Of a stretch of 64,000 nucleotides of DNA, positions 28,142 through 38,727 are shown piece after piece (within the stretch, counting starts at the first letter, position 1; each line of letters opens with the position of its first letter). The stretch covers positions 7,441-71,440 of the forward strand of contig CAJQTI010000046.1 in the NCBI GenBank assembly GCA_905618915.1. Reading direction: 5' to 3'. Origin of the DNA: an uncultured Candidatus Pelagibacter sp. (lineage in GTDB: Bacteria > Pseudomonadota > Alphaproteobacteria > Pelagibacterales > Pelagibacteraceae). Both the position numbers and the translations under genes were made by a program. The notes under the pieces were generated by a model. It did no database searches. It was not told the origin of the DNA and worked only from the letters and a program-made list of their open reading frames with translations.

Positions 28142-28775
28142 GATCTCTATTTAGTCTCTTTTGTGACTCAGCTTTAATTGTGCTGCTAGCATTAGGTAAA
28201 ACTAAAATCTGGTTAAAGAACTCTTTAGCTTTTTGTTTTTCACCCTTTGAGTAAAAAAATTCTGCTAGTAAATATAATGCATGGGATTTCCAAATACTTT
28301 CAGAATTAATTACTGGATTAAGTATTTTTAATAATTCATTTTCACTTACAAAGTCTGAATTAAATAATGCTTTTTTATATATAATTAAATTCTTGATTTC
28401 ATTTTCAAGGTTTGTTTTTTCAATTAACTCATTAAATAATATATTTATCTCATCATTGTTTTCTAATAAATTATTGTCTAACAAGTGGTATAAGGCTAGT
28501 GGAGAATAAGTTACATCATTGCTTTTAATAACATTAATCATTTCATCGATTTTTTTTTGTTTATTTTTAGGACTAAGATCCATTAAAGCTAAATTATATT
28601 GATTTGCTAATTTAATTTTGGTTCTTTCTTTGGATTTTTCAAATGATAGATACCCAATTATAATTACTAATATTATTGAGAAAATTATTATAAGTTTTTT
28701 TTTATTATTTATAAAAAAATTCTTAATTCTTTCATTTCTTGCGTTTGAATCTATGATTGTAATTTCTTCGTCCAT
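28131..28775 (-). CDS. YfgM-like membrane-anchored TPR protein
   Basis: N-terminal TM, helical C-terminus (ALYLLAEFFY..KAKEFF); yfgM-bamB order. Confidence 0.7.
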   Translation of the reverse strand: MDEEITIIDSNARNERIKNFFINNKKKLIIIFSIILVIIIGYLSFEKSKERTKIKLANQYNLALMDLSPKNKQKKIDEMINVIKSNDVTYSPLALYHLLDNNLLENNDEINILFNELIEKTNLENEIKNLIIYKKALFNSDFVSENELLKILNPVINSESIWKSHALYLLAEFFYSKGEKQKAKEFFNQILVLPNASSTIKAESQKRLNRDLGE

Positions 28776-28777
28776 TT

Positions 28778-31447
28778 TTATATCATATTCCTTAATACAT
28801 ATTGAAGTATTCCACCATTTTTATAATACTCTAATTCGTTTTTAGTGTCTATTCTACATAGAGTTTTGATCTTTTTAATATCTCCAGAGGCATATTTTAT
28901 TTCAACCTGAACTTGATCTGATGCATTTATACCCTCTTCTATTTGAAGAACAGTTATTAACTCTGATCCAATTAATTTTAAGTTTATCCTATCGTTTCCT
29001 TCAGTAAATTGAAGTGGTAAAACGCCCATGCCAATTAAATTAGATCTATGAATTCTTTCAAAGCTTTCTGCTATTACAACTTTTACACCTAATAACTTTG
29101 TTCCTTTAGCAGCCCAATCTCTTGACGATCCTGTTCCATATTCTTTTCCACCTATGACAGCAAGGTCTGTTCCTCTTTTTTTATATTCCTCTACAGCATT
29201 ATAAACTGGCATCACTTTTTCTTCTGGATATAGTTTTGTAAAGCCACCCTCTGTTCCAGGTGCCATTTCATTTCTTATTCTAATATTTGCAAAAGTTCCT
29301 CTCATCATTACTTCATGATTGCCTCTTCTTGATCCATAGGAGTTATAATCTGCTGGAAGTATTTGATGTTCCATAAAATACTCACCTGTTGGACTTTCTT
29401 TTTGAATATTCCCTGCTGGTGAAATATGATCAGTTGTAACCATGTCTCCTAAAATCAAAAGTGGTCTTGCGTCTTTAATGGGTTTAAACCCCTCTGGCAG
29501 ATCAGATAAATTTTCGAAGAAAGGTGGTTTCTTTACATAAGTTGATCCAGAATCCCAATTGTAAATACTTGTATTTTCAGTTTTAATTTCTTGCCATTGC
29601 TTAGGTCCTTCTGAAACATGTGAATATCTTTTAACAAACATCTCTGCATTAAGAGATTCTCTCAATGTATCTTCAATTTCTTTATTTGATGGCCAAATAT
29701 CTTTTAAAAAAATATCTTTACCCTCTTTACTTTTTCCTAAAGGTTCCTTGTATAAATCAAATTCCATATGACCAGCAAGTGCATAAGCTACCACAAGTGG
29801 TGGTGATGCTAAATAATTAGCTTTTATATGTGGTGATATTCTTCCTTCAAAATTTCTATTTCCAGATAAAACTGATACGGCATAAATATTCTCTTTCTCA
29901 ATCGCATTAACAATTTCTTCCGGTAAAGGACCTGAGTTTCCTATACAAGTTGTGCAACCATAACCTACCAGATTAAAACCTAACTTATCTAAAAACACAT
30001 TTAATCCTGCTTTTGCCAAATAATCAGTTACAACTTTTGACCCTGGTGCTAATGAAGTTTTTACCCATGGTTTAGTTTCCAAACCAAGTTCAACTGCTTT
30101 TTTTGCTAATAACCCAGCTCCAATTAATACATTGGGATTAGATGTATTGGTACATGAAGTGATGGCTGCAATTAATATTGATCCATCCTTAATTTCATAA
30201 TCTGTCCCAGAAACTTTTGAGATACTTTTTTCTTTTCTTTCAGTTGCATCTTCAAGAACTTTTTTAAATCCTGTAGAGGCATCTGTTAATAAAACTTTGT
30301 CCTGAGGTCTTTTGGGTCCTGAAATTGTTGGTACAATTGTTGACATATCTAATGACAATGTATCGGTAAATTCAATTTGATCACTTGCCCACAACCCTTG
30401 TTCTTTTGCATACTTTTCAACTATATTTACCGTATTTTCATCTCTTCCTGAAAATCTTAAATATTTTAATGTCTCATCATCGATTGGAAAAAAGCCACAT
30501 GTTGCACCATACTCTGGTGCCATATTGGCAATTGTTGCTCTATCAGCAAGAGTTAAATTCTTTAAACCTTCTCCATAAAATTCAACAAATTTTCCAACAA
30601 CGCCTTTATCTCTTAACATTTTTACAATAGTTAGGACTAAATCTGTTGCAGTAGTGCCTTCTGGCATTTTATTCTTAACTTCAAATCCAATTACTTCAGG
30701 AATTAACATAGAAATTGGTTGACCCAACATTCCAGCTTCAGCTTCAATTCCACCAACACCCCATCCAAGAACAGATAAGCCATTGACCATGGTGGTATGA
30801 CTATCGGTACCAACTAACGTGTCAGGAAATAAATAGTCCTCATCATTAAATTTTTCAGACCAGACTACTTTTGATAAATATTCTAAATTAACTTGGTGAC
30901 AAATACCTGTTCCAGGAGGAACAATTCTAAAGTTATTAAATGCTTGCTGACCCCATTTTAAAAAAGAGTATCTTTCTCCATTTCTTTTAAATTCAATATC
31001 CACATTTTTTTCAAAAGAGTCTGCACCAGCAGACTTGTCTACTTGCACTGAATGGTCAATAACAAGATCTACTGCTGATAGTGGATTAATAGTATTTGGA
31101 TCTTTATTTTTTTCTTTAACAGCTTCTCTCATAGCTGCAAGATCAGCAACCGCTGGTATTCCTGTGTAATCCTGTAACAAAACTCTAGCTGGTCTATAAG
31201 CTATTTCAGTTAATGATTTTTTTGTCTTCAACCATTCCTTAATTGCTTCTATTTGGCTTTTAGTGACTGATAGGTCATCTTCGTATCTTAATAAATTTTC
31301 TAATAAGACTTTAAGGGATTTTGGAAGTTTTGAAATACCATCTAAACCATTTTTTTCTGCTTCAGATAAAGAGTAATATTTATAATTTCTATTGTTAATA
31401 TCAATAGATTTTAAAGAATTATAAGAATTTTTATTACCCGGTTTCAT
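28778..31447 (-). CDS. acnA: Aconitate hydratase A
   Basis: QDYTG, DHSVQVD, GTDSHT, ITSCTNTSN, GCTTCIGNSG, TTDHISPAG, GSSRDWAAKG. Confidence 0.97.
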   Translation of the reverse strand: MKPGNKNSYNSLKSIDINNRNYKYYSLSEAEKNGLDGISKLPKSLKVLLENLLRYEDDLSVTKSQIEAIKEWLKTKKSLTEIAYRPARVLLQDYTGIPAVADLAAMREAVKEKNKDPNTINPLSAVDLVIDHSVQVDKSAGADSFEKNVDIEFKRNGERYSFLKWGQQAFNNFRIVPPGTGICHQVNLEYLSKVVWSEKFNDEDYLFPDTLVGTDSHTTMVNGLSVLGWGVGGIEAEAGMLGQPISMLIPEVIGFEVKNKMPEGTTATDLVLTIVKMLRDKGVVGKFVEFYGEGLKNLTLADRATIANMAPEYGATCGFFPIDDETLKYLRFSGRDENTVNIVEKYAKEQGLWASDQIEFTDTLSLDMSTIVPTISGPKRPQDKVLLTDASTGFKKVLEDATERKEKSISKVSGTDYEIKDGSILIAAITSCTNTSNPNVLIGAGLLAKKAVELGLETKPWVKTSLAPGSKVVTDYLAKAGLNVFLDKLGFNLVGYGCTTCIGNSGPLPEEIVNAIEKENIYAVSVLSGNRNFEGRISPHIKANYLASPPLVVAYALAGHMEFDLYKEPLGKSKEGKDIFLKDIWPSNKEIEDTLRESLNAEMFVKRYSHVSEGPKQWQEIKTENTSIYNWDSGSTYVKKPPFFENLSDLPEGFKPIKDARPLLILGDMVTTDHISPAGNIQKESPTGEYFMEHQILPADYNSYGSRRGNHEVMMRGTFANIRIRNEMAPGTEGGFTKLYPEEKVMPVYNAVEEYKKRGTDLAVIGGKEYGTGSSRDWAAKGTKLLGVKVVIAESFERIHRSNLIGMGVLPLQFTEGNDRINLKLIGSELITVLQIEEGINASDQVQVEIKYASGDIKKIKTLCRIDTKNELEYYKNGGILQYVLRNMI

Positions 31448-31448
31448 A

Positions 31449-32039
31449 TTATAAATAAAAAGTTGTGATACAGCTTAATAGAAGCAGTGACATAGCATAA
31501 TTAAACAACTTAATAAATTTATCATTTGTCGCGAATTTACTCATAAATTTACCTATAAGCACCCAAAAGATGATGCTAATTATTGCAAATACGAAAGCAA
31601 CACCAATTACCCATAAAGAATAGTTTAAAAAATTATTTCCTGCCTCTACGTAAGTTGATACAGATATTATTGCTACGATTACACCTTTCGGATTTAAAAA
31701 TTGATACATAAAAGTTTCAATAAAAGTTACAGGATTGAGACTCCTTTCTTCGGTGCTAGTTTTAGAAAATGATATTTTATAAGCTAAGTAAATAAGAAAT
31801 ACAGTTCCTGTGAATATTAATGTTTTTTGAATTATTGGATAAAGCTTAAATAAATTTATTAATCCAAAATTCACAATAGTAATCATTGTAGTGAATCCAA
31901 AAATGACCCCCAACATAAGTGGTATAGTTTTTTTTATTCCATGGTTAAAACCTGAGTGTGAAGCAACAATATTATTTGGTCCAGGTGAACAACTGGTTAC
32001 AAACATAAACAAAGAAAGTGACAAAATTTCAGGATGCAT
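31449..32039 (-). CDS. LysE/RhtB-family translocator
   Basis: SPGPNN, YLAYKI, QFLNPKG. Confidence 0.88.
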   Translation of the reverse strand: MHPEILSLSLFMFVTSCSPGPNNIVASHSGFNHGIKKTIPLMLGVIFGFTTMITIVNFGLINLFKLYPIIQKTLIFTGTVFLIYLAYKISFSKTSTEERSLNPVTFIETFMYQFLNPKGVIVAIISVSTYVEAGNNFLNYSLWVIGVAFVFAIISIIFWVLIGKFMSKFATNDKFIKLFNYAMSLLLLSCITTFYL

Positions 32040-32041
32040 AT

Positions 32042-32383
32042 TTATGCAATAGGTAATCCATTTTCAGATTCTTGAGATGGATGAATTAATATAACTTTAC
32101 CGTCTTTATCAATCGAACCTAAAATGAGAACTTGTGAAACAATACCTGCAATATTTTTCTCAGGAAAGTTACAAATACCCACAACTTGTTTTCCTTTTAA
32201 ATTTTCTTCATTATAATAATGGGTTATTTGTGCAGAAGATTGTTTAATTCCGATTTCTTTGCCAAAATCAACTTCAATAACTAAAGATGGTTTTCTTGCT
32301 TTTTCATTTTTTTTTACAGATATTACGGTTCCAACTCTAATATCTATTTTGTCAAAGTCATCATAGGTTATTTGTTCTTTCAT
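32042..32383 (-). CDS. csaA: CsaA/Trbp111 tRNA-binding chaperone
   Basis: DIRVGTV, SSAQIT, NFPEKNIAG. Confidence 0.88.
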   Translation of the reverse strand: MKEQITYDDFDKIDIRVGTVISVKKNEKARKPSLVIEVDFGKEIGIKQSSAQITHYYNEENLKGKQVVGICNFPEKNIAGIVSQVLILGSIDKDGKVILIHPSQESENGLPIA

Positions 32384-32401
32384 ATATTTAATATATAATA
32401 G

Positions 32402-33601
32402 ATGTTATTTATGAGTACAGAAAATAGTTCAGATCAATTATTTAATGATTCAGTTAAAATTTTAACTGATTTAATTGCATTTAAAACAATATCTGGAGAA
32501 GATAACAGCTCTTTGATTAACTATTGTGATAAAATTTTAAAAAAACTAGGTGCAACTTCATTTAAAACTTTTGATGATGAAAAAAAAAGAGTTAATCTTT
32601 TTGCAACCTTAAAAGCTAAATACCCTAGTGATAAAAAACCAATAATTTTATCTGGTCATACAGATGTAGTTCCAGTTTCAAAGGGATGGAGTACAGATCC
32701 ATTTATAGCAACCATAAAAAATGATAAACTTTTCGGTAGAGGTGCTTGTGATATGAAGGGTTTCATTGCTTGCACACTTGCATTTGCACCAATTTATTCA
32801 AAGGCAAATTTAGATAGAGATATTCATTTTTCTTACACGTTTGATGAAGAAACTGCATGCATAGGAGCTCCTATTCTAATTGAAGAATTAAAAAAAAGAG
32901 GAGTTAAAGATGGAATTTGTATTATAGGTGAACCAACTAATATGAAGATCATAGATGCACATAAAGGATGTTATGAATACACAACTTATTTTGAGGGTTT
33001 AGCGGGACACAGTTCTGCTCCTCACAAAGGTGTGAGTGCTGTTGAATATGCTTCTCGGTATGTAAATAAATTAATTGAATTAAGGGAAAAATTGAAGGAA
33101 AGAGCGCCTAAAGATTCAATATTTGACCCCCCTCATTCAACTCTTTCAATAGGAGGAATTTTTGGTGGCATAGCGCATAATGTAATCGCTGATAAGTGTC
33201 ATGTTAACTGGGAAACAAGACCAGTAGTTAAAGAAGATGGTGTTTTCTTAAATGCTGAATTAGATAAATATGCAAATGAAGTACTTTTACCTGATATGAA
33301 AAAAGTTTTTTCCAACTCTTCTATCACAAAAAAAATTATTGGTGAGGTTACAGGATTTGATAGAGATGAAAAATCAAATGCTTGTGAATTAGTTTCAAGT
33401 TTGACTGGTGACAATTCAAGAGAAGTTGTTTCTTTTGGAACTGAAGCTGGATTATTTCAAGAAATAGGAATAAGCACTGTTGTTTGTGGACCAGGTTCAA
33501 TTGAACAAGCACATAAAATTGATGAATTTATAATTCTTGATGAATTAAAAAAATGTTTGAATCTACTTGAGGGGATAAAAGATAACTCTGTTGTGAGCTA
33601 A
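32402..33601 (+). CDS. argE: Acetylornithine deacetylase (M20 family)
   Basis: SGHTDVVP, GRGACDMKG, DEE, GEPT, FGTEAG, GPGSIEQAH. Start may be 32411. Confidence 0.85.
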   Translation: MLFMSTENSSDQLFNDSVKILTDLIAFKTISGEDNSSLINYCDKILKKLGATSFKTFDDEKKRVNLFATLKAKYPSDKKPIILSGHTDVVPVSKGWSTDPFIATIKNDKLFGRGACDMKGFIACTLAFAPIYSKANLDRDIHFSYTFDEETACIGAPILIEELKKRGVKDGICIIGEPTNMKIIDAHKGCYEYTTYFEGLAGHSSAPHKGVSAVEYASRYVNKLIELREKLKERAPKDSIFDPPHSTLSIGGIFGGIAHNVIADKCHVNWETRPVVKEDGVFLNAELDKYANEVLLPDMKKVFSNSSITKKIIGEVTGFDRDEKSNACELVSSLTGDNSREVVSFGTEAGLFQEIGISTVVCGPGSIEQAHKIDEFIILDELKKCLNLLEGIKDNSVVS

Positions 33602-35034
33602 TCGTTCCAACCACTTACTACTTTAACTTCTAAATATTCTTCTAAACCTAATTTACCTGCTTCACGACCAATTCCTGAGTGTTTATAACCACCAAAAGGA
33701 GCATCAGGCGCTAAACCAGCACCATTAATATCAACCATTCCTGATCTTAATTTTCTAGCAACTCTGTTTGCTTTTTCCTGATCTTGAGTTTGAATAAAAT
33801 TTAACAATCCATAAGGAGTATCGTTTGCAATCTCAATTGCTTCTTCCTCTGTTTCAAAGGGTATAATTGATAAAACTGGTCCAAATATTTCTGTTCTTGC
33901 AATTTGCATTTTGTTATTAACATCTGCAAATGCAGTTGGTTTAACAAAATAACCTTTGTCTAATCCCTCTGGTTTGCCCGTTCCACCAGCAACTAATTTA
34001 GCCCCTTCATCAATACCAATTTGAATTAACGCTTGAATTTTATCAAATTGAGTTTTTGAAACAACAGGTCCAATATGATCACCTTCTTTTGTGGCAACAT
34101 CAACCTTCATTGAGTTTGCAAAATTCTTTACTCTTTCTACAGTTTCTTCATAAATTGATTTTTCAACCAACATTCTTGTTGGAGCATTACAAGATTGTCC
34201 AGAATTTCTAAAACATCTTAATGCACCTCTTTCAACTGCTTCAGGATCTGCATCTTTAAATATAATATTTGCACCCTTTCCTCCAAGCTCAAGACTAACT
34301 CTTTTAAAGTCACTTGCTGCATTTTGAGAGATTAGCGCACCAGCTCTAGTAGATCCTGTAAATGAAACCATATTCACATCTGGATGACTTGTTAATGCAT
34401 TACCAGTGATGGCCCCATCCCCATTAACTAAATTGAATACACCTTTTGGTAATTTTATTTCATCAATCATTTCTGCTAAAATTATTGAGGATAATGGTGC
34501 TATCTCAGATGGTTTAAGTATCATTGTACAACCAGCTGCAATTGCTGGTATTACTTTTAGACAAACTTGATTCATTGGCCAATTCCATGGTGTTATTAAA
34601 GCACAAACTCCCTTTGGCTCATGTATAATATTATTATTTAATGCATGAGGACCTAATTTTTCTTCGAATGTATATTCTTTTAAAACTTTTATATAAGATT
34701 TTATGTGACTTGCCCCTGTACCTGCTTGTAACTGTGTTGAGAAATCAATAGGTGATCCCATTTCAAGAGAAATAGCTTTTGCCATATCTGCCCATCTTTT
34801 TTTATAAACTTCATATAAATTTTCTAAATATTTTAATCTTTCTTCTTTAGTTGAGAAGGCCCAAGTTTCAAATGCCTTTGTAGCTGAATTTACTGCATCA
34901 TTTATATCTTCTGCTCCACCTAAAGATATAACCGCGCACTCTTCCTCTGTTGAAGGATCTATTACTTTATAGTCGTTTGGTATTTTTGGAGAAACCCATT
35001 GACCATTTATGTAAAAATTTTTTTTATCTAACAT
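33598..35034 (-). CDS. Aldehyde dehydrogenase
   Basis: ITPWNWP, LKPSE, FTGS, LELGGK, NSGQSC, EIFGP. Confidence 0.92.
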   Translation of the reverse strand: MLDKKNFYINGQWVSPKIPNDYKVIDPSTEEECAVISLGGAEDINDAVNSATKAFETWAFSTKEERLKYLENLYEVYKKRWADMAKAISLEMGSPIDFSTQLQAGTGASHIKSYIKVLKEYTFEEKLGPHALNNNIIHEPKGVCALITPWNWPMNQVCLKVIPAIAAGCTMILKPSEIAPLSSIILAEMIDEIKLPKGVFNLVNGDGAITGNALTSHPDVNMVSFTGSTRAGALISQNAASDFKRVSLELGGKGANIIFKDADPEAVERGALRCFRNSGQSCNAPTRMLVEKSIYEETVERVKNFANSMKVDVATKEGDHIGPVVSKTQFDKIQALIQIGIDEGAKLVAGGTGKPEGLDKGYFVKPTAFADVNNKMQIARTEIFGPVLSIIPFETEEEAIEIANDTPYGLLNFIQTQDQEKANRVARKLRSGMVDINGAGLAPDAPFGGYKHSGIGREAGKLGLEEYLEVKVVSGWND

Positions 35035-35048
35035 TTTTGAAAATTATA

Positions 35049-36014
35049 TTATCTCTTAACTTTTGCAAACAAATTAGTTAATTCATAAACAATTGTTGCA
35101 GCTGCTAGTGATGTAACTTCCGCATGATCATATGCAGGTGAGACCTCCACTACATCTGCTGAGATTAAGTTTAAACCTGACAAACCTCTTATAACATTAA
35201 CCATTTCTCTAGTAGTCATACCGGCAATCTCTGGTGTTCCTGTACCAGGTGCAAAAGCAGGGTCTAGAACATCTATATCTATTGATAAGTAAAGTGGATT
35301 ATTACCTACTCTTTTTCTTATTCTTTCTACTATTTTATCTATTCCTTGTGTTTGAAACTCATCACAGTGAATAATTTTAAAACCAAATTCTTCATCATTT
35401 TTAATATCGTCCCTACTATAAAGTGGTCCTCTTATTCCAACATGCATCGAGGCATCATCTAAAAATAAATTTTCTTCTCTTGCTCTTCTAAAAGGTGTTC
35501 CATGTGTATAAGGAGCACCAAAATAAGTATCCCAGGTATCTAAATGCGCATCAAAATGCACTAAAGCAACAGGTCCATTGTTCATTTTGTTTACTGCTCT
35601 TAGTAATGGAAGTGCTATTGTATGGTCTCCACCTAAGCTAATAATGCCACCTACTTTATCTAATAATTCAGTAGCCCCCTCTTCTATTTGTTTAATAGCC
35701 TCATCTATATTAAATGGATTACAAGTTATATCTCCTGCGTCGGCTACTTGCTGAACTTTAAAAGGTTCAACATCATAACTTGGATGATAGTTAGTTCTCA
35801 AATGTCTAGAAGCTTGCCTAATACTCATTGGACCAAATCTTGCTCCAGGCCTATAACTTGTTCCAGCATCAAATGGTATTCCAACAATTGCAACATCACA
35901 ACTTTCAACATCTCTTAATTCTGGCAATCTAGCAAATGTAGATGGTCCAGCAAATCTAGGAACTTTAGTCCCACTAACAGGTTGAATTGGATTTTTATTT
36001 CTTTCTTTTTTCAT
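35049..36014 (-). CDS. speB: Ureohydrolase (agmatinase/guanidinobutyrase-like)
   Basis: GGDHT, DAHLD, HGTPF, SIDIDVLDP, VEVSP. Confidence 0.82.
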   Translation of the reverse strand: MKKERNKNPIQPVSGTKVPRFAGPSTFARLPELRDVESCDVAIVGIPFDAGTSYRPGARFGPMSIRQASRHLRTNYHPSYDVEPFKVQQVADAGDITCNPFNIDEAIKQIEEGATELLDKVGGIISLGGDHTIALPLLRAVNKMNNGPVALVHFDAHLDTWDTYFGAPYTHGTPFRRAREENLFLDDASMHVGIRGPLYSRDDIKNDEEFGFKIIHCDEFQTQGIDKIVERIRKRVGNNPLYLSIDIDVLDPAFAPGTGTPEIAGMTTREMVNVIRGLSGLNLISADVVEVSPAYDHAEVTSLAAATIVYELTNLFAKVKR

Positions 36015-36071
36015 TTATAAATAAAATGTACCACATTCTATAAGAATGGAATATCTTCTATCTTTAAATTT

Positions 36072-36794
36072 ATGATCTTATTAAGAGCTATTTTACTATT
36101 AATTTTTTTAATTACACCTCTAAAAGCAAATACTATCTATAATTTGATTAAGATACCTAACTTAGAAATCTATGAGGTTAATACTAAAAATAATCTAAAA
36201 TATTTTTATGCAGCTAGGCCTTTTAGACTTGGTACTCAAAAAAATATTATATGTTTAAATTCTAATAAAGAAAATTATGATAAAAAGTATAAAATAATAA
36301 ATCAGAATCTAAGTAAATACTCACGTAACTTTTTAAAAATAATTAATTTAAAATATATAGTTTTATGTAAGAATTTATCAATTTCTGGAATGTACACAGC
36401 TGGTATTCCAGATAATATAATGAAAACATTAATACTTGATACTGAATTTAATAAAAAATATTTTGAAAGAGTAATTCACCATGAAATATTTCATATAATA
36501 AATCTTAGTTACAAAGAGCTATTTAATGAAAATGAATGGATAAATTTTAATAAAAAAGATTTTCAATATGCTAAATGCTCAACATGTACTGATAAAATTG
36601 ATCTTAATACATATATTGATACAGATGGATTTTTAACAGAATATTCAAAGACAACACCCTCAGAGGATATGGCAGAAGTTTTTTCACATATAATGTTTAA
36701 TATAAATATTCCTAAAAATGATTCAATTCTTCAAAAAAAAAAGGAATTTATAATAAGAAATATACTGAAGGTGGATAAAACTTTCAAATTCTAG
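36072..36794 (+). CDS. Putative exported zinc-binding metallopeptidase
   Basis: Signal peptide, HHEIFH, FLTEYS..SEDMAE. Confidence 0.7.
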   Translation: MILLRAILLLIFLITPLKANTIYNLIKIPNLEIYEVNTKNNLKYFYAARPFRLGTQKNIICLNSNKENYDKKYKIINQNLSKYSRNFLKIINLKYIVLCKNLSISGMYTAGIPDNIMKTLILDTEFNKKYFERVIHHEIFHIINLSYKELFNENEWINFNKKDFQYAKCSTCTDKIDLNTYIDTDGFLTEYSKTTPSEDMAEVFSHIMFNINIPKNDSILQKKKEFIIRNILKVDKTFKF

Positions 36795-36797
36795 AAT

Positions 36798-37442
36798 ATG
36801 ATAAAAAAAATTAGGGCCTCTATATCTGAAAAAATTCTATTGATCTTTTTAATGATACTAGCAATAGTTTCTTTGACTTCTTATATAATTATCAAAAATA
36901 AATGTTTATTTGTCAAAAATTATAATCCAAATGATATTCAGTTTAATAATCCGCAGAATATAGCAATACTTAATGCTCCGTGTGGAAATGTTATAATAGA
37001 ACTTTATCCAGATGTATCTCCCAATGCAGTTGAAAGGTTTAAAACATTAATAAGAACTAATAGATATGATGGTGTTGCTTTCCACAGGGTAATTGAAAAT
37101 AAATTAATTCAAGCTGGAGATTTAGAGTTTGGTAGAAGAAATAGTTTAGATTATGGAAAAATAGGAACTGGTCAATCTGGATTAGGAACTATCAATTCTG
37201 AGTTAGAAAGTGAATTTAATTTCACAAAAGGAAGTGTTGGTTTGGCTAGAACTTTTAAAAATAATACAGAAGATAGTCAATTTTTTATAATACTTGCAGA
37301 CGAGCCATTGTATGAAGGTGAATATACTCCGATTGGTAGAGTTATTTATGGAATCAAAGTCTTAAATAAAATTAAATTTTTAAATAATTCTGAGTATATT
37401 CTGAGACCTGATTTCATAAATACCTTTAAAATGCTCAATTAA
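36798..37442 (+). CDS. Membrane-anchored cyclophilin-type peptidyl-prolyl isomerase
   Basis: YDGVAFHRVI, QAGD, GLAR, SQFFI; N-terminal TM. Confidence 0.85.
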   Translation: MIKKIRASISEKILLIFLMILAIVSLTSYIIIKNKCLFVKNYNPNDIQFNNPQNIAILNAPCGNVIIELYPDVSPNAVERFKTLIRTNRYDGVAFHRVIENKLIQAGDLEFGRRNSLDYGKIGTGQSGLGTINSELESEFNFTKGSVGLARTFKNNTEDSQFFIILADEPLYEGEYTPIGRVIYGIKVLNKIKFLNNSEYILRPDFINTFKMLN

Positions 37443-37488
37443 CTCACCCAGTAACAGTTGGGTTCTATATTTTGATACTCTAAATTTC

Positions 37489-37552
37489 CTGGTCCAATTT
37501 ACCAGTTCTCTGAAACTATTTTATTGTAAACTTTAATTTTCTCAAATAAGGT
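37489..37552 (+). promoter_or_regulatory. Promoter and inverted repeat upstream of the Rieske operon
   Basis: CTGGT-CCAATTT-ACCAG (37489-37505); TTGTAA-17 nt-TAAGGT (37524-37552). Confidence 0.45.
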
Positions 37553-37590
37553 TTTGGATATAACAACGGGACTTATTTATAAAATAGCAG

Positions 37591-38727
37591 ATGCCTAAAC
37601 AGAATGACTTTACTAGAATTAGAAGAGCTAAGAATTTAAATACTATATATGGACTACCTCCAGAATCTTATACTGATGATGGTTTTTGGAAAAAAGAATG
37701 TAATACAGTTTTGTCTGATGACTGGTTGTTTGTTGGTCTAGTTCACGAACTTAAAAATCCTGGTGATATAATTCCTTTATCCATTGCAAGTAAGCCCATA
37801 TTTCTTGTTAAAGATCTAGAAAACAAAATTTCTGCTTTTCATAATGTGTGTAGTCATCGATGTTTAAAACTAGTTGACGAAAAAAAAAATGTAGGAAAAA
37901 TTATTAAATGTCCTTATCATGCATGGAGTTATAATTTAAAAGGACAATTAAAGGCTGCACCACATATAGGTGGTACAAATCAACATAAACCCAAAGGTTT
38001 TAATTTTTTAGATCATGGATTAAAGCCAATTAGAACTCACATTTGGCATGATTGGATTTTTATAAATTTTAATGGAAAGGCAAAAAAATTTGAAGAATAT
38101 GCTAAGCCACTTATAAAAAGATTTAATGATATTGATTTAACAAAATTAAATTATGTCGCAACTTTAGATTTTGGTAAAATAAATACTAATTGGAAATTTC
38201 TTATTGAAAATTTTATTGAACCTTATCATGTTCAGTTTGTTCATAAAACAACAACAAATCAACCCTTAAAGGATCATTACACATTTGTAGATGGTAAGTG
38301 TTACGGAAGTGGTGTTGATGTTGAACAAGAAGATGAAAAAAATTACAACACTTTATCTGTTACCTCAAGATATCTATCACTCTTTCCAAATTTTATAATG
38401 GGGACTTATTATCCAAATCAAGTTGGTGTGTATTTAAATATTCCTATAAGTCCAGGCATAACCTCACAAAAAAGAATAATCTACACTATAGATAATAAGG
38501 TGATGACTAAAAAAGAAATCCAAGCAACTAAGGATATTTGGTGGAGTGTTCATAAAGAAGATCATGAAATGTGTGAAAGATTACAAGAAGGTAGATCTTC
38601 TCCAGCATCAAATAATGGTGGGCTTTTATCTCCTGTATGGGAAAAAGGAGTTCAAGCATTTCAAAAACTTATAATAAATTCTATTAGAAGATCTTTTAAA
38701 ATGACAAGAAGGGTAAAAAATGTCTAA
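37591..38727 (+). CDS. Rieske non-heme iron oxygenase alpha subunit (choline monooxygenase/CntA/GbcA-like)
   Basis: CSHR..CPYHAW Rieske motif; NWK..ENFIEPYHV..VH and KED iron ligands. Confidence 0.88.
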   Translation: MPKQNDFTRIRRAKNLNTIYGLPPESYTDDGFWKKECNTVLSDDWLFVGLVHELKNPGDIIPLSIASKPIFLVKDLENKISAFHNVCSHRCLKLVDEKKNVGKIIKCPYHAWSYNLKGQLKAAPHIGGTNQHKPKGFNFLDHGLKPIRTHIWHDWIFINFNGKAKKFEEYAKPLIKRFNDIDLTKLNYVATLDFGKINTNWKFLIENFIEPYHVQFVHKTTTNQPLKDHYTFVDGKCYGSGVDVEQEDEKNYNTLSVTSRYLSLFPNFIMGTYYPNQVGVYLNIPISPGITSQKRIIYTIDNKVMTKKEIQATKDIWWSVHKEDHEMCERLQEGRSSPASNNGGLLSPVWEKGVQAFQKLIINSIRRSFKMTRRVKNV

